The notes beneath the pieces are model-generated. The model saw only the letters and a program-made list of their open reading frames with translations. It did no database searches and was not told where the DNA came from. 64,000 nt of DNA from Azolla caroliniana (Eukaryota > Plantae > Polypodiophyta), in contig JBHGNT010000002.1 in the NCBI GenBank assembly GCA_043228905.1, forward strand, positions 12,586,001-12,650,000. Direction: 5' to 3'. Shown piece by piece: positions 36,541 through 49,800 of the stretch; position 1 is the first letter of the stretch; each line of letters opens with the position of its first letter. The position numbers and the translations under genes were made by a program.

Positions 36541-36919
36541 GTCTATGTCGAGGTCAGCTTGTGGTGGCGAGGTTGGCTGGTGATGAGAGTGAGAGTGAGA
36601 GAGAGAGAGTTCAGAAGGCGGGGGTTCTTTGTGTGTAGGTTCTCGTCTGATGATCTTGCAGCGCCTTGGTGCTTCTGTGCTCCTGGGTTCGCGAAAGTAG
36701 AGAGTTTCCACGCGCAGTGGTTTTTCTCTGTGCATTCTGGCGCCTTTTTCGAGTGTGTGCACGTCGTGTACTAAAATAGCATTATGTCCTGTGGTGGCGC
36801 TTAAATGCCCACTACGTACCTTTTTGCTCCTCGCTCTCTCGTCCATTCATACCTCGCTTTTGCATGATTACTTCATTTTTTTTTTTTTTTCTTTTTAAGA
36901 ATTTTAATGTGGTGTGAGA

Positions 36920-39900
36920 TTAGTTGTCAGTTGGTCCTATCGTACCCATACCGGCCTCATTCTCCCCAGCTACCGGCTCGCCGTCTATGCCGTCTTGGTG
37001 GTTGCCGTTTCCCTCATAGGTTGCCGTTTCCGCACCGGTGTCGGTCCTTTGCTCAAATGGGTTTTTGGGCATCGGTCCTCTATATGGCTTTAATCGGAAT
37101 CCGTTGACCCATTTGCCTAGCACTTCGCCGGCAAGTGTCCCTAATTGGTAGGACCCATTATACTCACATGTCAGCCAATACGGACCGGTCCATCTAAACC
37201 GTAGTTTGCCCGGCATCTTGCCCATCCAGGTCTAAAATACTAACACTGACTTGCCGATTGCGAACATTTTTTCATTTCCTTTCCTATGCCGGTCGACGAA
37301 TGCTTTCCGTCGCCGTTGTTCCAATTCTAAGTGCAGGATGCTTGCCAATCGTTGTTCCTCGAGTTCACATAGCGCTCTTAACCGTATTGCCTCCGAATCC
37401 TTCTCATTCAGCCGTTCCTGTAGCTGGATCCGTAAGCTGGGTACTTGGAATTCCACCGGCATTACCGCCTCTAGTCCGAACGCTAACCGGAACGGTGTTG
37501 TTCGGATGCTCGTTTTATATGCCGTCCGGTATGCCCAAAGCGCTATATGTAGCTTGGTATCCCAATCCGTTCGGTTTTCGTTGACGATCTTCCGAAGGAT
37601 ATTCTAGAGCGTTTTGTTCGTCGATTCAGCTAACCCGTTTGCTTGCGGATAGTATGGTGTGCTCCGTTTATGGACAACGGCATAGAATGTCATCAGGCTT
37701 TCAACTACTTGGCCGAGAAAGTGCCCCCCTTGGTCGCTTATTAATTCGATTGGGCATCCGTAACGGCACCAGATGTACTTGTATAGAAATTTTGCCGTTG
37801 ACGCAGCGGTGTTGTCTCTTAAGGCTTTGGCCTCCACCCATTTCGTGCAGTACTCCGTCGCGACGATGACGTACTAATTACCTGTTCTCATTGCCGGTGG
37901 TTTGAACGGTCCAACAAAGTCTAGCCCCCACTTCTGGAATGGTTCGAGTGGTAGTACAGGCTGGTGTGGCATCCGAGCCTGCTCTGATGGCTGGCCCATT
38001 CGCTGGCATAGGTCGCATTCTTTTGTGTACCGTACATCATCTCTTAATGTCGTTGGCCACCATAGGCCACTTTGCCATATTTTCCTGGCCGTCGCATCTC
38101 CGGCATAGTGACCTCCGGCAACTCCGCAGTGGGCTTCCCTCAGTATGAGGTCCTTTTCATCGTTGTGCACAGCCCGTCTCCATATGCCGTCCACGCCCTT
38201 GTAGTAAAGTGTGTCTTGCAGTAAGCAGAAATGTCGGCTTTGCACCGCCAGGCGTTTCCTTTCGTCCCGGAGGCAGTCCTGTGCTCAGAAACTGGTGCAT
38301 GTTTGTGAGCCACTTGTCTTCCTGTGCCACCGTCTCATCTGCTGCCGTTTCCGTAGTGACTCGAAACAGCTCCGCATCCGGAAACTCGTCCGCTACTCCG
38401 TCACCCGTCTCTCCGGACTCTAATCGGCTTAAGTAATCCGCCACGGCATGTTGTATCCCTGGTCGGTGGAATATTTCGAACTCGAATTCCTGTAACAGTA
38501 AGGTCCACCGGGCCAACTTACCGGTGAGTGACGCTTTGGACACCAGGTAAAGGAGTGCCGAATGTTCTACATGAAAGGAAAACTTCCTTCCCAATAAACA
38601 ATGCTGAAACTTTGTCACACTGTAGATCATCCCTAGAGCTTCCCGTTCCGTGGTAGAGTAGTTCCGTTCCGCTTGGGATACCTTTCGGCTGGCATAGTAC
38701 ACTGGCCGGTACCATTTTGGCTCCGTAAGCTGCATCAGTACGCTTCCGATTGCGATGTCGGAGGTGTCCACGAACACATGAAATTCTTTACTCCAATCCG
38801 GAGGCTACACTACCAGTGCTTGCGACAATAGTACCTTGAGGGCCCTATACACCCTATCCTCGGTGTCGGTCCACTGGAATGGTGTTCGATGTACGGCGGC
38901 ATGCAACGGTGTAGCCAGGTCAGCCAAGTATCGGAGCATCCAGCTGTGCCACCGGATCTAGCCTAAGAACCGGCTTAATGCCTTTGCCGTTGCCGGCGCC
39001 GGTGCTTCTAATATGGCTTTCACTTTGTCCGGGTCGACTGCAATACCTTCCTGGCTCACAATATGTCCTAATAAAGTTCCACTGGACACGCCAAATACAC
39101 ACTTTGCCGGATTCAAGCTTAGTCGGTACGCTCTACACTTTTCTAGACAAAGACGGAGGTGTTGAAAATGGTCCTCCTCCTGGCTATAGACGGCGAAATC
39201 GTCAAGGAAAACCTGCATAAAAGCCAGGATATACTCACCAAAGATTTCCATGATGATTCGTTGAAATGTGGCCAGTGCCGTTTTGAGTCCGAACATCATC
39301 ACCACGGCCGTTTTGTTATAGTTCTTCTTATTGCGGTACTCTTGACGAGGTTGCTCGTTATATCTACCGTATTCCTCCCGTTGCTGACGATACCCGGGGG
39401 AGTGCTCCCAGTCGTAATGTTCGTATCGTCTATTGTAATACCGGTACCGATCATATCTATCATGCCGGTCATAGTTATCCCGTCGATCGCCGTACCGGAC
39501 ATCCTGTGTTGGTCGGTCGCGGTCCATTCGCCGCCAGTGTTCCTCTTCTTCATCCCGACTGCTGCGTGGCTCTATTTGTCGGATGGGCGGTGCTTGCCGG
39601 TTCAATAGATTATACTCGCACCTATCCGTCGTATGGCCCTTGGATTGACAAATTACACATTGTGTCCTCATATTGCATTCTAGTGCCGAGTGTCCGGATT
39701 TCAAGCAGGTTGTGCACTGTATTGCTTGCCGAAACCGGAGGTCTTCATCGGACGGTAACGCCCGTTGGAGTGCTCCCAGTGTGAGCCAGGAGCTTGTCTT
39801 TTCCATCTCTCTCACTCGGTCAATGACCTGGTCGATGGTACTTGTGCGGAAGTCAATTACCGTGCACACCGTGCGTAGGGGTTCCCAGAGCGCATTCAGA

Positions 39901-40881
39901 AATATAGTCCGTAATTCCTCCTCTAGGGGTGCGCGGGCAAGCTGACTATGCATCCGTTGAAACCGGATGACAAACTGGGGAATGCTCTCCCCTGCCTCCT
40001 GTCGAATGGTATAAAATAAGCCCACCATTACTGTCTGGTCCACCTCCTTTTGGAAAAAATGCAAGAATTTAGCTTTTAAATCTATAAAGGTGGTGATGGT
40101 AGACGGGTCTTGCGTCCGGCGCCATCTTGTTGTCGGTCCCTCCAATGTGACACCAAATTCTGCTATCTTAGAGCGTTCCTCTTCTTCTGGGTCAATCGCT
40201 GGGACACATGGTTTGCTTCCCATGTCTGTTCAAAGGCGTGAACATGAGCTTCTGCGTCCGGATCATCTCTATACTTGGAGTACTGGAACGGCATGTCGTC
40301 GTCCGATATCGGTGCGCGGGCTGGCGGTGTTGGTGGTCGTTCCTGGTTTTTCTCCGACGTCGGTGGTCTTTCCTGATTTGTTTCCGGCGTCGGTGGTCTT
40401 TCCTCTTCTTTTGGTGACGGAGGCCTCTCCTCCTCCACTTCCGGTGTCGAAGGTCGCTCTTCCTCTGCTGGTTCCGGAGGTTCCAGCTTTAGCAATTCCG
40501 GTTCCGGTGTCAGTAAGGTGTCCGATCCTTCGTCCTCCGGTCCGCCCGGGGTTTCGTTGCTACTACGGTAGTTTGTGTGCACGTTATATTCCCCTTCGGA
40601 ATCCGATTCATACGCTGAAAAGGCTTCTGCTTCACCTTCTCCGTTTGCCAACGCCTGGAGAAGGAATTCGGTTTCCCGGAGGCTGCTTAGGCTGCTGCCG
40701 TCGTCCGAGTACGATGTTTGCTGTAACCAGAGGGAGTCCTCTGCTACTTCCGGATTACGTTGGAAAACGAGCGATCCGCTCTAATTTCCTGCGTGGCTTG
40801 CTGGAAAGCCTCACGTCTCCTTTGCCTTTCGGCAAGGCGTCGAGTTCGATCTGTAACCAGATCGTGCGTTGATCTAGTCAT
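36920..40881 (-). pseudogene. G2 gag-pol (gag fused to RT C-terminal half, RNase H, integrase)
   Basis: Gag CTTCLKSGH and CVICQSKGH joined near 39310 to MMFGLKTALATFQ..FLDD; RH FVDTSDIAIG..NYSTTERE; INT EAHCGVAGGHY, WGLDFVGP. Confidence 0.9.
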
Positions 40882-41371
40882 CCATCCGTGCCGTCGTTCA
40901 CTGTAAAACAGGAATCGTGGTCGCCAAAAATTGTGTTAACTCTTAGGACCAGACAATGGCCTAACACAGGGTGTCTACGGAAGACACTTCACCAAAGGGG
41001 TGTTACGACAACAGGATTAGACTCAACGATTAATCCGACTTAATTAGGTTACTTAGCATGATCGTCCTTAATATTCACCCGCGTAAGATATAACAATGAA
41101 TGCAGAACGGCAATTAACACAGAGAGATAACAACACTAAGCTTTATTAATTAACCACTACTCATTACATTGTATCCGGGCCTTTAAATAGGTTTCCGGTC
41201 TGTAGTACAAAATGGTGCCATCCGCACCTGTTCGGGATCGGTCCGGATCCGGAACGGCATACCGATTCCGGTCCGTCCGTCCACACTCATAGCTTACTTA
41301 CAACCATTCCTAACAATTAAATAACTCCCTGTTTCACACTCTGGACTCCTTTGCCGGCCGGTAACAGTTCT

Positions 41372-41455
41372 CACTGGGTCTTCCTTGTCGGGTACTCATC
41401 ATCTGGTTCTCACCAGGCCTTCATCATCCCATCCGGAGGGACCAAAATCTTAACA
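41372..41455 (-). repeat. Terminal fragment of a C1-family copia LTR
   Basis: Reverse complement TGTTAAGATTTTGGTCCCTCCGGATGGG resembles the C1 LTR start. Confidence 0.6.
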
Positions 41456-41689
41456 AAAGGAAATAGATTGACAGAGCATTTCATACACAGAGATTTCCTA
41501 AACTAACTTTATATTACTAAATAAAATGATGTTTCTTTACACTACCTTTGGTTCCTTTTGTAGGCAACCAGAAGGACTTCCTCATCAAGAAAACATATTG
41601 CCAAAAAGGCAAGAACTACAAAATCTCTAACTAACTATAATTTCGGTTTTTGATTTACTATGGCAAATGCTAACTCATCGATCTGACTA

Positions 41690-44165
41690 CGAACCTTCTA
41701 CATTTCCGACTCCGACACTTCCCCACTTGTCCGGGTAACACACTCCCCTGTGTCGCCGGAAGAGAAGCGATGCAAAGCCGAAGGGGAACGAATCGGGACC
41801 GGTAAAAGAAAACACACCGACACCCCGCTCCGAGGAAACAGAGCCTGATCGGCCAGTAATGGCAAGAGAAGAACCAATCTCACCGGGTCGACAGGCACAA
41901 CAAGAAAAGGAGTTGCCGCTAGAACCAACAATCCAACCAGGGGTGGTGGTGAGAGCAGAGCCAACACCAGAACCAGAATCGGCAAGGCAACAAGGCATAG
42001 GCAGTCAATGGGTGCAATAGATTGGAGAGCAGGTGGCCAGAGTTGTAAGCCAAATTGAAGTGGAAGAGAGAGCAGAACGGGATCAGTTGTTCGCCACAAC
42101 CGAAGAACTCGAGAAGGCCCGGTGAAGGATCCGGAGCATGGAGGAAGAAATTGAGAAGGCCAAAGCAAACATGGCCAGACAAGTCAATCAGGGGCCGACA
42201 AGACCAGAACCGGCGGCGCTAGTGACTGAGTACACAGATAACCCGCCGGTAGCTCCTACAGCACCGGACACAAGCATCACATGGGAGCAAGAATTCTCCT
42301 CTCTCAAGGAAGACTCAAAAGCCCAGGAGGCCTTGAGGGCTAGAGAACGAGAGCAGAGAAGGCAGTGGAGGATGAGAAACAAAGACTCGAAGAAAATCTA
42401 CGGAAAATCTACCAATTAAATGACTGGTTGAAGGAAGAAAAGGAGAAGCTGCTACAAGAGAAGGATAAGCTCCGACGATTAGCAGAGACCGAAATCGAGC
42501 GGCTCAAAAACCAGGAAGACTGTGCCCGACGCCAAATAAACCAAAAGCTAAAGCAGAAGACGGAAGATTTTGAACGACTACACTGGGATCACAAGTATTT
42601 GGATACGGAGCACAAGAAGTTGATGGCAGAAGGTGACCGGCAGTAGTAGAAGCTAGGGGAACTCTGGAAGGAAGTCAACAGGGCAACGGAGGCATTGGCG
42701 GAAGAACGGACCAAGGTGGTCGATATGGCAAAGGCACTGGAAGAAGCGGCAAGGGACCGGATGGAGCTCACCCGGCAACATTATGAGGAGACGGAATAAG
42801 CAAAGATGGCGTTGAACAGAGTTCAGACCACTTATCAAACGAAATTCCTAGAATATGAGGTGCATGCATAAGCAACTGCGGGCCTGATAAAGAAGGTAAA
42901 GGAGGAAAAGCAAGCTACGGAGGAAAAATCCAAGATGGGGCTCCGCCGGATCCGCGCCATTATGCTGGCATGGAAAGAACGAACAAAGAGTATGATTGGT
43001 GAAAGCTCAGTGCAATGGTGGTCAAAATGGGCACAACAAGCGGCGGAATTACAGACGTTGCGAGTGGATGCGGAAAACCGGAGAAAGGACGGTGACAACT
43101 TCTACAAGATGGATGCGGAGAGTATTGTAACCATCTAGCAAGAGTTGTCAAACGATTTCTTGTCCCTGGCAAGGGAACAATTGGTGGCTGTTAGTCAGCT
43201 AGTAGAACAACTAGACGATGACCAGCTTGGCACTCAACTCCACCTTGAGCGATACGAACAGGAGCGAAGACAACAGATAGCATTGCAAATGTCGACGGCA
43301 ATTAACATCAGTGATGGAGAGCAATCTCCAAAGCAGCCACCAAATTTAGCCGGGACCGCAAGAGGCCAGCCAAATGAAGACCAAGTGCAACAGCCGGAAG
43401 AAGTCAGACCGGAGGAGGCAGACAAAGCCCCAGTGCAACAACATGAGGAGCCAAGGATGGAGGAGCTGAAGTCAGAAGTGTCGGGACCAATAGAGCTGGA
43501 TACGGATCGAGTTGGAGAGGAAGAGTAGGCTGGAGAGCAAACCAAAGACCAACAACAACAGTAGCAACTACAACCGTAGGAGCAACAGCAGCAGCCGATG
43601 GAGCAACTACCTGGTGAGCCATTGGAGGCCCTGGACCAGAGCATTGTAGACATTTTGGAGGACGAATGAAGGGGCTAACCGTGGGTTCGACATACAATGT
43701 ACTGACTGTCCCACGGGCGTGCCATGTGTTGGCCAGTTAGGCCAGAGTATGAAAGGGGAGCCAAATTTGGGAGTTGTAATTAGAGAAATTATGATAATTA
43801 TAAGATCGGATGGACGGACCCGGAATCGGTATGCCGATCTGGATCTGGACTGGTTCGTAGCTGGTTGCCGGTTGGCACCGGTTTGTAGCACAACCGGATA
43901 CCTATAAAAGGATCCGGAGATGATGTAATTGCCGACGGATAATTAATAGAGAAGTGTTGTGTCTTTATGTATTGTGTATCTTGTTAATACCGTTCTGCGC
44001 TTAATGTGATTATCATACGTGTTTATCAAATTAATCATTCCGAATAGTAACTAGGAAGGATCGGTCTTGTATCACGGTCTGCCCATTCCTTACCATACCA
44101 CCCCTTTGGTGAAGTGTTCTAAACGGACACCCTATGTTAGCGGCTTGTCAAGCTTGGTGACAACA
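41690..44165 (+). mobile_element. G3: 5'-truncated OTA-like gypsy (C-terminal half of the extra ORF plus 3' LTR 43727-44165)
   Basis: ORF pieces homologous to the G1/G2 extra ORF, ending PLEALDQSIVDILEDE* at 43669; LTR TGTTGGCC...GACAACA shares motifs with the G1/G2 LTRs. Confidence 0.85.
43681..43724 (+). other. G3 tRNA-Arg 3'-end-like motif at the PPT position
   Basis: GTGGGTTCGA-CATACAATGTACTGACT-GTCCCACGGGCGTGCCA, then TG, then the LTR. Confidence 0.82.
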
Positions 44166-45062
44166 GACGTCACACCAACAGTGGTTTCATGACTTAAGAA
44201 TGCCAGACCAACCCGGCTTCATAGAGACGGGAGACAACACCACATATCCCATTCGGCACATCGGCAATGTCCCATCCGGTCCCGTGAGTTTGCTGTACCC
44301 ATCATGCAGATACCTAGAGTAAAGATGCACCGCTCACATTGGCATGCGAAAAATTTCGACGCTCGACTACAACGAGTACATGGCCCATCATTATGCCTTT
44401 GTGATGAAGGTAGCGGCCGAAGAAGAGCCTGGGAGCTCTACAACAGTGGCTCATGACCCACGATGGGTGAAAGCAGTCAACCCAAGCCTTCGGCACTGGC
44501 TTGAGGGGGAGGAACTGAAACTGCCACGAAAATACCGACGTCGAAAGCCACACAGAAGTCGACATCGAAAGTCGGACAATGCCGAAAGCAAAACCAAATG
44601 TCAGATGCCTCACACTTGAGCTTGACGGGGCGTGTTGAGAGCTCAATCTGAACTTAGTTTAGTTATTTAGTCAACCATGTAACTTCGTAGTTACCTAGAT
44701 AGAATCTGGTTAGGAGTGTTGACCATAACTCCTTAAATAAGACCTTGTACTTAAGTAGGATATTCTAGATCCTCCACTCCTAAGTACATTTAATATAGGC
44801 CTTACAACTTAGTACCTATATTCTACTCACACATGTGCACCTTTGCACATGAGATGTATATATACCTCATTGTGGGTGTTTTTGTATCTTGATGATGATG
44901 TTGCTAATTTAATATAGAGTTTATCATCCCCCATCTTGTGTTGTTCATAAGTGTATATTCCTCTCTCTCTTCCTCTCACACACATATCACATAATCTTTC
45001 GCTTAGCTTAATCACATAATTTGGTACTAATTATCCTATAGTTAAGTACCTAATTCTTAACA
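44166..45062 (+). mobile_element. C3: 3' remnant of an RT-less C2-related copia with LTR 44633-45062
   Basis: DYNEYMAHHYA peptide as in C2; PPT-like TTGAGCTTGACGGGG; LTR TGTTGAG...CTTAACA homologous to the C4 LTR. Confidence 0.75.
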
Positions 45063-46729
45063 TACCAGAACTCCACACTTCTTGGAATAACATTGTTAGA
45101 GGTCCTTTGAGCGGTTGTACAAATGATTTAAAAACTCATTTGTAATGTCATCCCAACCTGAACTTTTATCAACTGAGAGATGTGACAATACACATTCGAC
45201 CTCCTCCTCTTCTATATCCTCCTCCAAGGCTAACATGACATGTTGCCCACCAATCGTTGTAACTGAGTTAAAGAACATTGATGTCGCTTGTGTTATGTCA
45301 TCATTTAGATTACTTTCTTGCCCAAAAACATTCTTGAAATGCTTAACACACTCATCAATAATCACTTGTGGGTTTGTATTTAATGTTCCATCAATCTCTA
45401 CGCATGCCACATTCATCCTAGCATGAGATGCATGCAACCCATGGAAAAACTTATGTGAATGATAGTTGTGATCATGTACTTCATTTTTCATAGCCATCAC
45501 TCGTGATTGTTGATAAGTACAAACCTCTAACACTTGTAAAGCGTGTGACAATGCCTCTTGAATGTTCATCAAATGGAAATTTCATCAACAATGCATTACA
45601 TCTGTCTAGAAATTGTTGGATTAAACTCATCTTTTGTTTATGGATGGATGCTTGATGAATTACACAATATCGTGTAAAGAGTTGAATATTAGAGAGACAA
45701 ACATCCCATGAAGAAAGACCCTGAACATTGACTTGTCTAGTAAACTGTCCCACCAATTGTCATATAGCATGTTTATAGTTATTATGTCCAAGAAAAGATG
45801 AAGTAAACTGCAATGGTTGTTTTCCCAATAACGATCTAAAATCATCCATCATTTGATGTGTGCATTCCAACACAATTGGGAAGTGATCTGATAATCCAAT
45901 CCCCCTATACACTTGCATAGTCATAAGCGATGGCAAGAATGTCTCATCATGCATAATGTAAATTCGATCTAGTCTACTCCAAGTTTATCTATATTCTACT
46001 GATTGAAATGTATAACCAACATCATGTCCATTGATCCAAGTCCATGCATCATACCTTACGACCTCCATCATAAACAAATCCCAAACCTCTCGTTCAGGAG
46101 CATCCGTGAGGCCATGCATCGAAGTAGATTGACCCACCTCTGAACACATAAAATTACCTAACAAAAATCCTGCTCTTGTATGACATAAAACTTGATGTAA
46201 ACCTCTCCAAAGATTGATACGTTGCCTTGCAACATTTGGTGCATAAATACCTACCACCCATATCTTATTCCCTTCATAATTAACTTCAACCACCAAGAAC
46301 CAACCATTATCATCTCTTTGAACCACTATTGGTTTCAAGTTGTCCCTTACAATAAGCATTGCGCCTGAATACAACCCTCCAATGACTCTGGTATAAAACA
46401 CATGATATTGCATATACTAAAGAGAAGACCCAGACTTAGCATGCTCCTTATGTTCTACTACACATAATACATCCCATTGACTAATAAAAATAGTTTTCCA
46501 CATACCCTATCACTTAGACGAAGAACAAATTCCGTTTACATGCCTTGCGACTATTTTCATCAATCACTAATAAGGATATTTGTTGGCCTATTCACGAATA
46601 ATCACTTAAGACTGCAAATGCATTTTGCATAGATGGTTGATGTCTATCAGTGGATATCATTGTACCCCACCAGCTATTTGTTTTCCAATTTTGTTTCTCT
46701 AATGGTAAATTGATTTTACCATTCTTATC
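45063..46729 (-). pseudogene. LINE B (L1-like) ORF2 endonuclease and linker
   Basis: IWVVGIYAPN, LDRIY, GLSDHFPI, KFFHG and DKSSGWDDITNEF motifs. Confidence 0.8.
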
Positions 46730-46801
46730 TGTTAAGAATTAGGTGATTAACTATGGGTTAATTAGTGATTAAGTTAAGCGGAAGATTAAGTGATATGTGT
46801 G

Positions 46802-49800
46802 TGTGCGGAAAATAGTGCTCGGCCACAACCGAGCCTTAAACAACGAATGGAAGAAAATCAAACTAACAACTAGATGACACAGGATGTTTACATGGAAACC
46901 CTAAATGGGAAATACCACGGGAGCCCACGAACTCCAACTATCACTATGAGGGGAGGATTACAATGTGAGACTCAAAGGCAATGACCTCGAGCTCTATGTC
47001 TTCACCAACCGGCAGTTACAACAGAAAATTTGTTCTATGTGTGTGTCTCTCTCACTCACTCATTGTGTACACACTCTATCAACAACTCTCATCGTACATA
47101 AAATGATTGCCCTAAGTTATATTTATACTTATATGAATTTAGTGCTATTTACATATATAGCCTCAATGGGCTAACTATCAAACATATTTACACATATGTT
47201 CTTGCATCTAGTTTGCACCAGATCCATCCGGATTCACTCGATCCGGTTTCTGGGTCTCATCCGGAACCCTTCCGACTCCAGTTCCTTCATCTGGCTCGTC
47301 CAGTTCTCATCCAGATCCCATCCAGAGGGACTGAATTCCCAACAAACTCCCCCTTCACTCCGACATGGGATTTCTCGTTAATCTAATCCGTCTTCAGCAC
47401 GCGTCCAGCTTGTCGGTTGATAGCACCTAAGTCCGCATATCTGATCCATTCTCCTTCGTGTGGATCTTCGTCAGCATATCCGATCCATTCTCCTTCATGT
47501 GGATCTTCGTCAGCATATCCGATCCGTTCTCCTTCGTGTGGATCTTCGTCAACATGAAGTCTTGGTCTTCTACCTTCTCCTGGAGCCAGTGATATCTCCT
47601 CTAGATGTGCTTGGTCCAGGAATGGTAGGCCACATTCTTCGCAAGGTGGATGACACTTTGACTGTCGCAGTAGAGCCGGAATTCCTCCTGCCGGATCCCT
47701 AGCTCTCCGATGAAGTCCTTCATCCAGATTATCTCCTTGCCGGCTTCCACAGCTGCCATGTACTGCGCTTCCGTTGTCGATAGTGCAACGAACTTCTACA
47801 GCCTCGACTGCCATGATACAACTCCCCTTGCATAAGTCATGACATATCCAAATGTAGACCCGTTCGTATCTGCATCAACTGACATATCGGAATCCGTGAA
47901 TTCGTCAAGTTGGGGTTTACCGGAGCCGAACCGAAGGCACATACTTGAGGTGTCTTTCAAGTACAGGAGTATCCACTTGACCGCGTTCCAGTGCTCTCTT
48001 CCGGCATTGCTCATGAACCGGGTCACTATTCCGACAACATATGCAATATCCGGCCAGGTGCACACCATTGCGTACATTAAGCTTCCGACAGCAGAGGCAT
48101 ATGGTATCTTTGTCATATCCGACTTCTCTGCCTTTGTCTTCAGGCTCTGCTTTCCAGACAGCTTGCAATTTGCCGGAAGTGTCGATCCGACTGGTTTCGC
48201 CTCCACCATGTTGAACCCTTGAAGCACCTTTGTCACATACTTTTCGTGTGACAACCACAACAGCTTCTTCTTCCGGTCCCGGATGATGTGCATCCCTAAG
48301 ATTTGTCTTGCCGGACCCAAATCTTTCATTGAGAAGGTCAAGTTCCGAGCCTTCTTCAACATTTGGATTTTGACTTGGTCTCGTCCAACGATCAGCATAT
48401 CATCGACATATAGCAGGAGTATCAGGAAGTCGCCTCCAACAAATTTCGTCACAAACACGCAATGGTCAGCTTGCGTCTTGTGGTACCGTTCGTCGGTCAT
48501 GAAGGAGTCGAACTTCCAGTACCATTGCCAGGGAGCTTTCTTCAATCTGTACAAACTCTTCTTCAGCCGGAACACTAGGTGCTCCTTCCCTTTCTTCTCA
48601 AATCCTTCCGGTTGATGCATGTAGATCTTTTCTTCAAGGTCGCCATGTAGGAATGTCGTCTTGATGTCCAATTGCTCTACCTCGAGGTCCATGCTTGCCG
48701 TTATGCCCAATACCGTCCGGATGGATGTCATCTTTACAACCAGGGCAAACATCTCCCCAAAATCCACAACTTTCTTCTACTGGAAACCCTTCACTACAAT
48801 CCGAGCCTTGTACCTCGGTGGATTTCCGGTGTCTCTTGGTTTCAGCTTGTACACCCAATTATTCCGGAGTGCCCTCTTTCCTTTCGGCAACTCTGTTAGT
48901 TCGTATGTGTGTTTCTCATGTAGGGAATCCATCTCGTCCTACATGGTACTCAACCACTTGCAGTTGTGGGTGTCTTTCTTTGCTTCGTTGAGCTTTCTGA
49001 GTCCCCCTCATCGATCAGCAATACATGCTCTTCATCCAGAAATCTCTAGGGGGCTCTTCTGTCCCTGAGAGGGTATCTTCGTCCTTGGTTTCTTACTACC
49101 GGTTCCTCTGTTTGTTCCGAATCCGAATCCAATTCAAGATCTTGTCTAGTTCCGGTGTCTTCTTCTTCTCCTTCTTGTTCTTAGGTTGGTTCGGTTTCTT
49201 GTCCGAATCCGGCCGGTTCATCGAGTGTCAATGTGTTACCGACCCATGAAAACTATATCCCGACTCTGGAACACTTTCTTGTCAACCAGATCCCATACTC
49301 AATATCCAAACTCATCATCGTCGTATCCAAGGAATATGCATGAATATACATGGCAAGGTCTTCGGATCCCACTTTTCTCTCTTGTCCTTTGCGACATGCA
49401 CATATGCGAGACAGCCAAACACCTTCAGATGCTGGTAAGATACATCTTTATTGGTCCTAACTTTCTGCGGTGAGTCTCCTTCCACGGGTGTTGAGGGTGA
49501 TCTATTTATAACATAGGTCGCTGTCATCAACGCCTCAGCCCAAAACGTCTTGGGTTAATTGACATGCGCTAGCTTGCTTCAGACTCTCTCCATTATGGTC
49601 CAATTCATCCGTTCAGCTAGCCCATCAATTCTGGCGTTTTCGGCACGGTAAATTCGAGCCGGATTCCCTTGGACCAGTAGTACTCCTTGAACTGCCCCTA
49701 GTATTCACCTCCGTTATCTGCTCGAACCGCCTCCAGCTTCCGACCGATTTCTCTTTCCTCTCTCGCCTTGAGCTCCTTAAAGATGGATAGCACCTTATCC

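Larger units (their letters stand above)
33271..41366 (-). mobile_element. G2: OTA-like gypsy element, same lineage as G1; protease and RT N-terminus deleted; extra 3' ORF
   Basis: 433-bp LTRs 33271-33703 and 40934-41366 (about 12 substitutions by eye); TSD GTTCT at 33266-33270 and 41367-41371; PBS TGGCGACCAC 40917-40926. Confidence 0.95.
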
